Positions 23,028-34,419 of a DNA stretch of 64,000 bases are shown one piece after another. The translations under genes were made by a program, and so were the position numbers. The stretch covers positions 7,564,001 to 7,628,000 of the forward strand of contig NC_086098.1 of the NCBI RefSeq assembly GCF_963921235.1. The letters are read 5' to 3'. The first letter of the stretch is position 1, and every line of letters starts with the position of its first letter. The notes under the pieces were generated by a model. It did no database searches. It was not told where the DNA came from and was given only the letters and a program-made list of their open reading frames with translations. The stretch comes from Mobula hypostoma (Eukaryota).

Positions 23028-25194
23028 TGTGCGGGGTCTCTTCTTTGTATGTTAAATTTAAAGTGGCTTCTTTGTTATGTTAAATGCTGAGAAAGTCTCC
23101 AACTAGACAGTTGCTTGGGTTAATACAGACAGCAGGGTGCTACTAGCCAATGGGTGGTCGTGTATCGTTTCTTCAGGTGATAATGCTGTATCATATGACT
23201 GGGAACAGATGTTTTTGGCGGGGAGTCGGAGGAGAGACAGGGAGGACGGTGGACGGGGTTTTGGTAGGGAGTCGGAGGAGAGACGGAGATGATGGAGGAG
23301 AGACGGGGAGGACGGCGGACGTGCGGGGGTTTTGGGGGAGAGTCGGAGGTGAGATGGGGAGTCGGAGTTTTGACGGGGAGGACGACGGAGAGACGGGGAG
23401 TTGGAGGAGAGACGGGGAGGATGGTGGACAGGGTTTTTGGCGGGAGTCGGAGGAGAGACGGTGAGGACGGTGGAGAGACGGGGAGTTGGAGGAGAGACGG
23501 GGAGTCGGAGGAGAGACGAGGAGGACGGTGGAGAGACGCGGAGTCGGAGGAAAGACGGGGAGTCGGGGGAGAGACAGGGATTCGGAGGAGAGACGGGGAG
23601 GACGGAGGGGAGACGGGGAGTTGGAGAAGAGACGGGGAGTCAGAGGAGAGACGGGGACGACGGCGGACATGCGGGGGTTTTGGGGGGGAGTCGGAGGTGA
23701 GACAGGGAGTCGGAGTTTTGACGGGGAGTCGGAGGAGAGACGGGGAGTCAGAGGAGAGACGAGGAGTCGGAGGAGAGACGGGGAAGATGGCGGATGTGCA
23801 GGAGTTTTGGGAGAGAGTCGGAGGAGAAACGGGGAGGATGGCGGAGAGACGGGGAGACGGAGGAGAGATGGGGAGGTCGGAGGAGAGACGAGTAGGACGG
23901 TGGAGAGACAGGGAGACGGAGGAGAGACAGTCAGTCGGAGGAGAGACGGGGAGGATGGTGGACGGGGTTTTTGGCGGGGAGGCGGAGTAGAGACGGGGAG
24001 GACGGCGGAGAGATGGGGAGGACGGCGGAGAGACAGGGAGTCGGTGGAGAGACGGGGAGGATGGTGGAGAGACGGGGAGTCGGTGGAGAGACGGGGAGTT
24101 GGAGGAGAGACGGGGAGACGGAGGAGAGACGGGGAGGTCGGAGGAAAGACGAGTAGGACGGTGGAGAGACAGGGAGACGGAGGAGAGACGGTGAGTCGGA
24201 GGAGAGACGGGGAGGATGGTGGACCGGGTTTTTGGCAGGGAGTCGGAGGAGAGACGGGGAGAACGGCGGAGAGACGGGGAGGCGGAGGAGAGACGGGGAG
24301 GACAGCGGAGAGACAGGGAGTCGGTGGAGAGACGGGGAGGATGGTGGACAGACGGGGAGTCGGTGGAGAGACTGGGGGTCGGAGGAGAGGCGGGGTTTTT
24401 GACGAGGAGTCGGAGGAGAGACGAGGAGTTGGAGGAGAGATGGGGAGTCGGTGGAGAGACGAGAAGGATGGAGGAGAGACAGGGAGTCAGGAGAGAGACG
24501 GGGAGGACGGAGGAGAGACGGGGAGTCGGAGGAGAAACGGAGAGTCGGAGGAGAGACGGGGAGTCGGAGGGGAGACGGGGAGTCGGAGGAGAGACGGGGA
24601 GTCGGTGGAGAGACAAGAAGGATGGAGGAGAGACAGGGAGTCAGGAGAGACGGGGAGTCGGAGGAGAGACAGGGAGTCAGAGGAGAGACAGGGAGGACGG
24701 AGGAGAGATGAGGAGTCGGAGGAGAGACGGGGAGTCGGAGGAGAAACGGAGAGTCGGAGGAGAGACGGGAAGTCGGAGGGGAGACGGGGAGGACGGTGGA
24801 GAGACGGGGAGTCGGAGTGGAGACGAGGAGGATGGTGGACATGTGGAAAGGCTCTGGTCGATCACTCCGGGTGATTCCGAGCTGGGAGTCGACAGGATTC
24901 GGGTAGTCGTCAGGAATCGATTGAGCTCCAACGGTAGCACGCAAAAAACTTGGACTTTGATAAGTCTGGGGCCTTTTTTTCCCCATTACTTCATTTTTGG
25001 TATCGAATTTATATTAATTTCATAGACTTAGTAATATCTATAAAGTGTATTTGGTAAAACGTACTGTTTGTGTTGGCTGATGATTGATGGTTGGGCTTGA
25101 TTCGGGCAGCAACCGACTTCGTGGGAAGCGTCCAGGCCTGTGCCGGGCAGGATTTCCCCTAGACATATACGAGCCAATATAGCTGAGCGTTACG
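23028..25194 (+). mobile_element. Solo LTR related to 44762-45459, inflated by an internal minisatellite
   Basis: Shares GGCTTCTTTGTTATGTTA...GCTGAGAAAGT, GAGCTCCAACGGT...ACTTTGATAAGT and AGTAATATCTATAAA with the reverse complement of 44762-45459. Confidence 0.75.
23211..24840. repeat. Purine-rich 19-20 bp minisatellite (GAGAGACGGGGAGTCGGAG / GAGAGACGGGGAGGACGGTG)
   Basis: Tandem units visible directly over ~1.6 kb; they generate low-complexity ORFs in all frames. Confidence 0.95.
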
Positions 25195-25269
25195 TGTGTG
25201 TATGTGTCTGTGTGCACGTGTGTATGTGTGTGTGTGTGGGGGTGGTCTGTGTGTGTGTTTTGCGTGTAT

Positions 25270-25475
25270 AGAAACATAGAAACATAGAAAATAGGTGCAG
25301 GAGTAGGCCATTCGGCCCTTCGAGCCTGCACCGCCATTTATTATGATCATGGCTGATCATCCAACTCAGAACCCCGCCCCAGCCTTCCCTCCATACCCCC
25401 TGATCCCTGTAGCCACAAGGGCCATATCTAACTCCCTCTTAAATATAGCCAATGAACTGGCCTCAACAGTTTCCT
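25270..25475 (-). mobile_element. Young CR1 3' end embedded in (TG)n
   Basis: Near-identical to 37044-37250; (ATAGAAAC)n tail. Confidence 0.85.
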
Positions 25476-25582
25476 GTGTATTTTTCAGTGTGTGTGCGCT
25501 TGTGTGTCTGTGTTTGTGTGTGTTCTATTTGTGTGTATCTGTGTTTATGTGTATATGTGTGTGTCTGTGTGTGCATGTATTT

Positions 25583-25621
<39 letters not shown>

Positions 25622-25645
25622 TTTGTCTGTGGGTGTGTGTGTTGT
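25474..25645. repeat. Imperfect (TG)n microsatellite
   Basis: Seen directly; similar tracts at 21835-21920 and 22946-23030. Confidence 0.9.
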
Positions 25646-26417
25646 AGAGGAGATTAAATGCAGACAGAAAAAAATCCCTGGATGAGGCAATAATAAACCA
25701 ACTTACTCAATTACATTGCGTGAAACTGGAAGGAACTCTACAAACGCATGGCAGTATAGAAATCGTGATATTTAAGCATCCTAAACAGTTGGATTGAGAG
25801 GTTTCACTGAGAAGGTGACATTCTCCAGTTTCCAGCTTTCTCAGCAGAATTTATGAATCAAAGCAGAAAAGAATGAAACTTGTTCTCCAATGAACATAAA
25901 ATACTTGTGACACAAAGCTCAGTAATAATTGGAGGCATCTGTAAAGTTTGTCTTTGCTTTGTGTGATACCGCCTATCCTTTCATGCCAGGCTAATATTGT
26001 ATGTAATGTCATCCAAAAAGCTCAAGGAATTCTGACCATTCCAATGATTTTAATTAGGAAAATTACAATTAAATGTTGTGTCAATACTTGTTCCTGCTTT
26101 GAACATTATTGACCAGTGCAAGGATATCCCAAAGCACTGAATACTCTTTCCCCTGCAGGATGAAAGAAAAATGTTGTAACCTTGAATATTTTAGAAGTCC
26201 ATGCAGAACAGCAGACATAATCTATCACACCATTCCTCACATAAATAATGTAGCAATAGATATCAATTATGTATGGCCATTGCAGGAATGAAAAGGGATA
26301 TTTTATTTGTGCCGCAGGTGTTGCAAGTACTTTGGACACCAATCTCCGAATTCTGAAATGGTTAGCTTTTCACTTGAGGAGTTTAGTAAACTTTTCAGCA
26401 ATTCAATTAAGGTTTGG

Positions 26418-26970
26418 TGGCCTCTGTTGGTCAGGGTCGACCATGAAAGTTGCTTCCTAGCTGTCAAAACTGTTACGCAAGCTAGGGCAGTGTGATATGG
26501 AGAGCGAGCTGTTGCCCAAGTAGCAAGCTCCCCCTCCCCACGCAGCTGATGAACCCCAAGGTACGGCAGAGACCAATACAGTTTGGCACCAGTAGCATCA
26601 CAGAAGTTGTCAGTCAGTGTTGAACTCAGCACAGGATTGCCTTAGGGATCCGACTCTGGATTTTTTCCTAGGGATTTACACCCGAAGCCTTCCCCATGAG
26701 TGGGTATAGCCGCAAGGCAGCGGAGGTTTGAGATCAGAGTTTTCCTTCTATATGAGCTGCCAACCACGGCTTACAAGCCTCATCTGCCCAAAGCGACTGG
26801 TTTAAGGCTCTAGCAACCTGCCTTTTCCCCTTCTCCTGTCAGTTGAAACGGTTCGGCCGGGCTTATAGCTAAGCCACATGCTAAGCCAGGAGCTGTGCTT
26901 GGTTGTCAGCGGCTATGGAGATGCATGTCACTTGGAGCATTTAATAGGCGCTGAGAACTTACCCCTACCA
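26418..26970 (-). mobile_element. Probable RTE-related non-autonomous element
   Basis: The reverse strand has AGAAGGAAAACTCTGATCTCAAACC, resembling RTE 5' UTRs, and shares TTGGCACCAG / GTTGCCCA motifs with the 20851 SINE tail. Confidence 0.5.
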
Positions 26971-28134
26971 GCAACGACAACCTTAAGGAACCCAACTCAG
27001 GTTCAATGCCATTAAATAGAGCTGGAAACATGCACTTGATACTTGGGCAAAGAAGAAAATATAATGTCCCTTAGGATTAAAAGGAAAATGGAAATATTTG
27101 CTCTTTGCAAATACCAAAGGGACAAAGGACAAATAAAGTCCCTGATTTTCACTAAGCATCCTAGATCTGGGACAGTGCAGGATAATGTACACACTCAGAC
27201 ATATCAAGCAAATGGCATCCTGCGAAAACCACTGCCAGTTCAAATTCCAGATTCCAGAGATGTTTCATTTAGAGAGGACGAGACTTTTATTGAAATCTTT
27301 CAAAATATTATGAGATTACATAATTTTTTTTGGTTTAATTACCATTCCACTTCATCAAAGTTGCAGACTAACATCTGGCCTCACGCCATCCTCCCGCCAC
27401 AAGGTTAGGGCTCCCCTTGTCCTTACCTACCCTCCCACGAGCCTCAGTAGCCAGCACATCATTATCCATAACTCCTACCATCTCCAGCAATTCCATTGTT
27501 TTAATGCAATTATCATGCACTGATAATTTGTTTCTTGCCAAAGAGCCTCAGCCCAAAAGGTCGACTGTACTCTTTTGCAAAGATGCTGCCTGGCCCGCTG
27601 AGTTCCTCCAGCATTTTGTGTGTGTTGCTTGGATTTCCAGCATCTGCCGATTTTCTCTTGATTGTGAAAGATATCTATGCACTATTATGTGACAATGTAA
27701 TTGAATGTCAATTTAAGGTGTTTTTTTTAAACTCCTTTATCAAATTCCTGCTTAATTTCATTGAAAATTTGAGAATATCTCGTTCTCACTTTCCTTTGTT
27801 GTAGATATATGAATCTCATGCTGCTCTGCTGACTGGGAGTAATCAGAACTTGTCTTTGAGGAGCACAATGGCAAGCCAAAAGGCTCAGTCACAGGGAGCA
27901 GCAGCCACCACAAACACCTGCGGAGAGTAATGATACATTGCTGCAGGAAAATCAGATAGTCATTCCTCTCTCAAAAGCGAGTTTGGAAATTTTTCAGAAT
28001 AATTTATTTTATGCTGAATTTTTGGTGAAATCTGTACTTGTTTTCATGTTCTCCCCCATGAGGTTAAACACCAGTTTCTTATCTTGTTCTTCTTCCTGTA
28101 TGAAGAATTGTATCAAGACAACCTCTTGTTACAT

Positions 28135-28236
28135 GTGTGTGTGTGTGTCTGTCTGTCTGTCTATGTCTGTCTTTGTGTGTGTGTCTGTGCATGATTGCCT
28201 ACATGTATGTGTTTGTGAGTATGTTTTCATTCGCAC

Positions 28237-28281
<45 letters not shown>

Positions 28282-28460
28282 TGTCTGTCTGTCTATGTCT
28301 GTCTTTGTGTGTGTGTCTGTGTATGATTGTCTACATGTATGTGTTTGTGAGTATGTTTTCATTCGCACGCGTGTGTGTGCGTGTGTGTGTGTGCGTGCGT
28401 GCGCGTGTGTGTGTGCGTGCGTGTGCGTGCGTGCGTGTGTGTGTGTGTGTGTGTGTGTGT
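28135..28460. repeat. (TG)n/(TGCG)n microsatellite containing a duplicated ~130 bp unit
   Basis: GTCTGTCTGTCTGTCTATG...TTTTCATTCGCACGCG occurs twice. Confidence 0.9.
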
Positions 28461-29699
28461 AAAGAGCCAGAATACATCCGCTTGATTCTTGGCTGAAGGA
28501 GAAAATACCATGTCCTTTAGGATCAAAAAGAAAAATGGAAATATTTGCTCTTACAGATATACCTGTAGAAAGAGAAAGGACAAAGGACAAATAAAGTCCC
28601 TGATTGTCACAAAACATGCCACTGAACATTCTAAATCTGTGACAGTGCAGGATGATGTGCACACCCAGACATATCGAGCAAACCACATCCTGGGAAAACC
28701 ATTGTCATGATCATGGACCAATTCCGGAGATGTTTCATAACATCTACATTTGGTAAGACTTTTGCTGAATTCAGTTTTTTTTTCAAGGAAATAATTGTAA
28801 GATTAAATCATGATTTTGTTCTTTCTATTACCATCCCAATTCATCAAGGTTACAGACCAATATCAGATCTCACCCCATCCTTCCTCCAGGGGCTTGGTTC
28901 CCTTATCCTAAACTACCATCCTAAGAACCTCCATATCCAGCACATCATTTTCTGTAACTTCTGACATCTTGAACGGGATCTCACTAGTCAGCACGTCTTT
29001 CCCTCCCCCACACTCTTCACTTTCTGTAGTGATCACACTCTACGTGACTCACTTTTCCACTTGTCTTTCTCTACTGATCTCCCTCCCAGCATTTACCTCT
29101 GCAAGTGGGGCAACTGTTACACCTGCCCCTACACCACTATTCAGGGCCCGTGAATCTTGTGATTAAATTGATATTTCTGTTTTTAGTATTTTTTAAATTT
29201 CAGAGATACAGCACAGTAACAGGCCCTTCTGGCCCAGTGAGCCTCCGCTGCCCGATTACACTCATGTCACCAATTTACCTGCTAACCCTCAGCACAAGAG
29301 ATTCTGCAGATGCTAAAATTCCAGAGCAGCATACTCAAAATGCTGGAGGAACTCAGGTGGTCAGGCGGAATAAACAGTTGAAAGGTCTGAGCCCAAAACA
29401 TTGACTGTTTATTCACCTCCACAGATGCTACCTGACTTGCAGAGTTCCTCCAGTATTTTGTGTGTGTTATGACAACACTGTCTGGATGTGGGCAGGGCCT
29501 TATACAGTGGTTACGTACATCCCTTATGGCCTATCGTACCTTGTGGGATGACTGACAGAGGAATTTTGGCAAATCCTTAAATTACAAAAGGTTTAGCATG
29601 ACCATGTAATGAAAACAGTGATGAGAATGACAGCAAGGCATGGGTCAATCTGAACGCCGTCTGTGTCTCCAGGCCATAGCGATATTCATAGTCATGTGC

Positions 29700-30430
29700 T
29701 AGCCTCTCCTTGTGGAGGTACAGAGTCCTGTGAGATCCTGAGGTCCAGAAGGCGATGCTATCTGGAGTTTGGCCATCTGGCGCTCAGCTCCTGGTAGGGC
29801 CACCCATGGCAGTAAGGTCAAGGAGAAAGTTTAACACAAACAGCGACCTCAATGGTGGAGCTGGTGAAAGTGATGATACATCATACTGGCAGTGAGGGTG
29901 AAGAGAACTGCAGCAGTGAAGGGTCCTCAGTCATCTTGCATTAAGAGGAATAGATAGAGTGGATAGCCAGCGCCTCTTCCCCAGGGCACCACTGCTCAAT
30001 ACGAGTGGACATGGCTTTAAGGTAAGGGGTGAGAAGTTCAAGGGGGAGGGTTTTTTACTCAGAGAGTGGTTGGTGTGTGGAATGCACTGCCTGAGTCAGT
30101 GGTGGAGGCAGATACACTAGTGAAGTTTAAGAGACTACTAGACAGGTATATGGGGGAACTTAAGTTGGGGGCTTATATGGGAGGCAGGGTTTGAGGGTCG
30201 GCACAACATTGTGGGCCGAAGGGCCTGTACTGTGCTGTACTATTCTATGTTCTATTCCATTCCACTGGTCCCTGAGCCTCATCTGTCAAGGACCACTTGG
30301 AGCTGTCCATGCATCTGCTTCCCTACATTAAACATAGGTTTGCACAGGCGTTCTCCATTAAGGGAATCCACCCTAACATACTGGATTAATATGTGGATCC
30401 CGGACTGGTCTCTACAGCCACCTGAGGACC
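29700..30430 (+). mobile_element. RTE/Expander-like 5' UTR remnant interrupted by a CR1 3' fragment (~29943-30256)
   Basis: CCTGGTAGGGCCACCCATGGC motif resembles RTE-clade 5' UTRs; the CR1 insert ends in a TTCTATGTTCTA tail. Confidence 0.5.
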
Positions 30431-31149
30431 CACCAATAGCCAACTCCTTAGGAGAGCATCATACTCAGCTTGAGTAGTCATTAGTCATACAGCTACTACG
30501 TGCCAGCATGGAGAACGGCCGTACTGAAGGTATACTGGTGTGCACACTGCATTAGTCGCGGAGACACTCTTATTATCAAGTACTCTGACATCGTCCCAAG
30601 TGAAGTGTTCTCATTTTCCCTGTGCTAATCTTAGCAGTAACTCCCATTGAACACCGAGCAGACTAGAACCAATGGCTCATCGTCAGTGCATTCTGGTCTT
30701 CTGTTCTCTTCTCTCAGCTTCCAATTGTCCAAAGTATGAAAAACATCTTTCATAGGATAGCAAGATGCTCTGTCCAATGTGGCTTTTGACATGATTCTTT
30801 GTGAATTAAGCACACATTGCATCCTCCCTTAAAATAGGATTACATGGCGTTTCATAGGATTGCTTTTATATTTACATCTATTATATTTTAATTGAGTTCT
30901 TTATCAGAATTAGGTTTAATATCACCAGCATATGTCTTATAAGAGGTGGTGATCTCTTTAAACTCACCCGGCAGTAGGCAAAGTTAAACCACTGCTGTAA
31001 CCGGTCGAGTACATGATTTCCCAATATGTCAGAGCAGCGTGGAGGGAAATTCTCTGCCAACTGGAATTTCCAGATGCGACCTAAAGTGAGCGATATGTCT
31101 TATAATATTTTATATATATACGCACACACAATAGATAAATTAAATAAGT

Positions 31150-31990
31150 AGTGCAAAAATAGCAATAGAAAAGCAGTGGTGTACTGTTCATGAGTTGAAT
31201 GTCCATATGGAAATAGTATGGCAGAGAGAAGAAGGTGTTCCTGTAACATTGAATGTGTGCCTTCAGGCTCCTGTACCTCCTCCCAGCTGGGAGCAATGAG
31301 AAGAGGGCATGTCCTGGGTGAGGGGAGTCCGTAATGATTTATGCTGCCTTTCTGAGGCCCCGCTCCTGGATACTACGGAGTCTAGTGCCAATGATGGAGC
31401 TGACTAAGTTTACAACTCTCTGCAGATTATTTTGATCCTGTGACCCTCCCCCCTCACCAGATGGCGATGAAGCCAGTTAGAATGCTCTCCACGGTATATC
31501 TATAGAAATGTGCAAGTGTCTTTGGTGATATACCAAATGCCCTCAAACTCCTAATGAAATATAGCCGCTGTCGTGCCTTTTTTGTAGCTACATCGATATG
31601 TTGGGTCAGGTAAGATCCTCAGAGACATTGTCACCCAGGAACTTGAAATTGCTCACTCTTTCCACTACTGATCCCTTGATAAGGACTGGTGTGTGTTCCC
31701 TCATCTTACCCTTTCTGAAGCCCACAATCAGTTCTTTGGTCTTACTGACGTTGAGTGCAAGGTTGTTGCAGTGACACCACTCAACTAGCTGCTATATCTC
31801 ACTCCTGTACACCTTCTCATCAGCCACAATGGTTGTACGTCAGCAAATGTATTGATAGAAATTGAGCTGTGCCTAGTCACACAGTCATGGGTATAGAGAG
31901 AGTAGAGAAGTAGGGCAAGAACACACCCCCTTGAGGTGCGCCAGCGTTGATCGTCAGCGAGGTGGAGATGTTATTTCTGATCTGTGCAGA
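31150..31990 (-). mobile_element. Rex1/Babar LINE fragment
   Basis: Reverse complement of the 8900-9400 type sequence (RRYRSLKAHIQ). Confidence 0.8.
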
Positions 31991-34039
31991 TTGTGGCTAT
32001 TGTTTTTTATGCTGCAGTGGATCCAGAGTAATGATCATTTTGTTCCCCTTGACAATAAACACTCTTGAATCTTAAATCAAAAAAAATGCTGCATATTTCA
32101 AATTTCTACAACTTATCTATTCATTCATTGGGCATGGAAAATTAAGGAATATTTGTGAGGAATTGTTTTTTTTTTTGCTTTTGAGGAATAAATCTTCTAT
32201 CTTCCACCCAATCACAGCATCAATTCTGGTGTGTACATTAGTTCAATTATAAAAAGGAGCAGATGAATCCTACAACAGGAGAAGGTAAATATAATTAGCT
32301 ATGTATGTGGGAAACCTTATTACAGATAAAATGATACTCAGGCAGACAGGCAAGCTTGACAATGAATCCTATCAGTCTGTATGAAAATAATTAACTAGTG
32401 TGACCCAGTTTAGCAACACATCTTGGAACTGTCAGACGGCGTGCTGTGACATTGAATGGAAACTGGACAATCAAGGATATCACCATCAAATAAATAGATA
32501 ATGTATTATCGAGGAGCTGTTTCCTTTACTGAGGACAATCAAAAAGATTTTGTTTTCTCAAGGTTAAGTGGGAGGAAAAATGAGGTTGTCATGAGGAAAT
32601 TGGACATATTTCACTTGAGAGGATATCAGGAGCAACCAATGTGATTGGGGTACTGTCTAATCTGATGTGCTTTTTTAATAAAAGTAATATACAGCTCAGT
32701 TTGGCACAAATATTGTGGCAATTAGTGAAGTAGAGTGGAGGAAGAACCGGGCCAAGGACAGACTGCACCACAAAATGATGTGCCGATATTGACTGCAATG
32801 GCTCGAAGTACATGGGTCTCACGGTCAATTATAAACATGTAAACATTTCCCTTTTCGCACAGAGCAGCCCCTTCTAATCAGTCTTTATTATGTCAATACA
32901 CAATTCCTCACTCAGTTTGAACTATTTATTTAATTTATACTTGTATGAGTATTATCATTTATAGTTTATTTACAATTTATATATATTATTGTAATTTATA
33001 TTTTATATGTACCCACATATACTGTATATATAAACTATGTTCAGCTATATATATATAGTTATACATACATATACACTACACACACACATTAATTTAAAAA
33101 AATAATTTTATTGAGACGCAACACAGAACAAGCCCTTCGGCCCTTCGGCCCATGCTGCCCCCTCATTTCAGGCTGAGAACCTTCATCAGAACTGAAAAGG
33201 AAGGGGTCCTGCCAGCTTGAGCTGCTTCCCCCACCTACTTACTCTGGTTTCATCCCCTTCCTTTTCAATCCTGGTGAAGGCACTTGGCCCAAAACATTAA
33301 CCGTTTATTGTTTTCCGTAGATGCTGCCTAACTTGCTGAGTTCTTCACGCATGTTGTGTGCGCTGCTCTGGATGTCCAGCATCTGCAGAATCGTTTGTGT
33401 CTGTGATAGTAAACCTGATTCTGAACCTGACCTCTCCTGCGCATGCCTCTAGTAATGAGAAGACCAACAATGGGATTTGATTTGACCGCCAGAGGCTGTC
33501 AAGCTGAGCTATTCCACTTATTGTTCGTGACTCCTAATGAAATATAAACGCTGTCACACCAGTTACAAAGAAGGCACCGCAGCGGCTCTATTTTATTAGG
33601 AGTTTGAGGAGATTTGGTATGTCACTAAAGACACTCATAAATTACTACAGATACGCCATGGGGATCATTCAGACTGGCTGCGTCATGATCTAGTATGGGG
33701 TAGGGGCACTGCATGTGATCAGAAAAGGCTGCAGAAAGTTGTAAACTCAGTCAGCTCCACCATAGGCACTAGCCTCCATAGTATTCAGGACGTCTTCATG
33801 TCGCAATGTTTCAAAAAGGCAGTACCATCATTAAGGGTCCCTATCATCATCATACCCTCTTCTCATTGTTACCATCAGGGAGGAGGTACAGAAGCCTGAA
33901 GGTACACACTTAATGATTCAGGAACAGCTTCCTCTGCTCTGCCATCTGACTTCTGAATAGACATTGAACCCGTGAACACTGCCTCATTACTCTTATTGCA
34001 CGACTTGCTCTGTTATCTATATATTGCTGTGTACTGCTG

Positions 34040-34225
34040 GCCAGTGGTGTAGTGGCATCAGCACTGGACTTCCAGGTGAGTGGTCCCAGGTTCGAATCCG
34101 GCCTGCTGCTTGCAGGCTTTCCATCCATGCCGGGTTGAGCGTCAAGCGAACAACATGGCCTCATAAAAAGCAGGCAAATGCTAAAGGATCACCATGGTTG
34201 CTGCCCGATGCGTGGAGAAGAGTAA
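34040..34225 (+). mobile_element. tRNA-derived SINE inserted in a Rex1 3' end
   Basis: A box TGGTGTAGTGG and B box GGTTCGAATCC at tRNA-like spacing. Confidence 0.7.
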
Positions 34226-34419
34226 CAATTGCAATATACCGCTATCATAAAACAACAAATTTCACAACATATCCCAGGGATATTAACCCTGATTCTGAAT
34301 CTGACTTGGCAAAATGTGAACTTAAGGATGAAACTTTGTTTTGTACAAAATGTGACAAAGGCAAAGTGGGGCATGCGCCTTGGACAGTGAGGGTCCTTAA
34401 TGATGTAAGCTTTTTTCGC

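Noticed and set aside
23211..24840. CRISPR-like array
   Set aside because: Units are directly tandem without unique spacers, there are no cas genes, and the context is eukaryotic.
23120..25025. Long ORFs (up to 498 aa) in several frames on both strands
   Set aside because: They result from a stop-poor minisatellite and give low-complexity Pro/Ser or Arg/Gly/Glu translations with no domain.
26106..26342. Hydrophobic 78-aa minus-strand ORF as an exon
   Set aside because: No recognisable homology or consistent splice pair, and the length is expected by chance.
27938..28686. Cys/Val-rich and His/Thr-rich ORFs (also at 25343-25690)
   Set aside because: They are translations of (TG)n microsatellites.
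34040..34105. Functional tRNA gene
   Set aside because: A and B boxes are present but the cloverleaf is incomplete and it continues into a SINE-like body.
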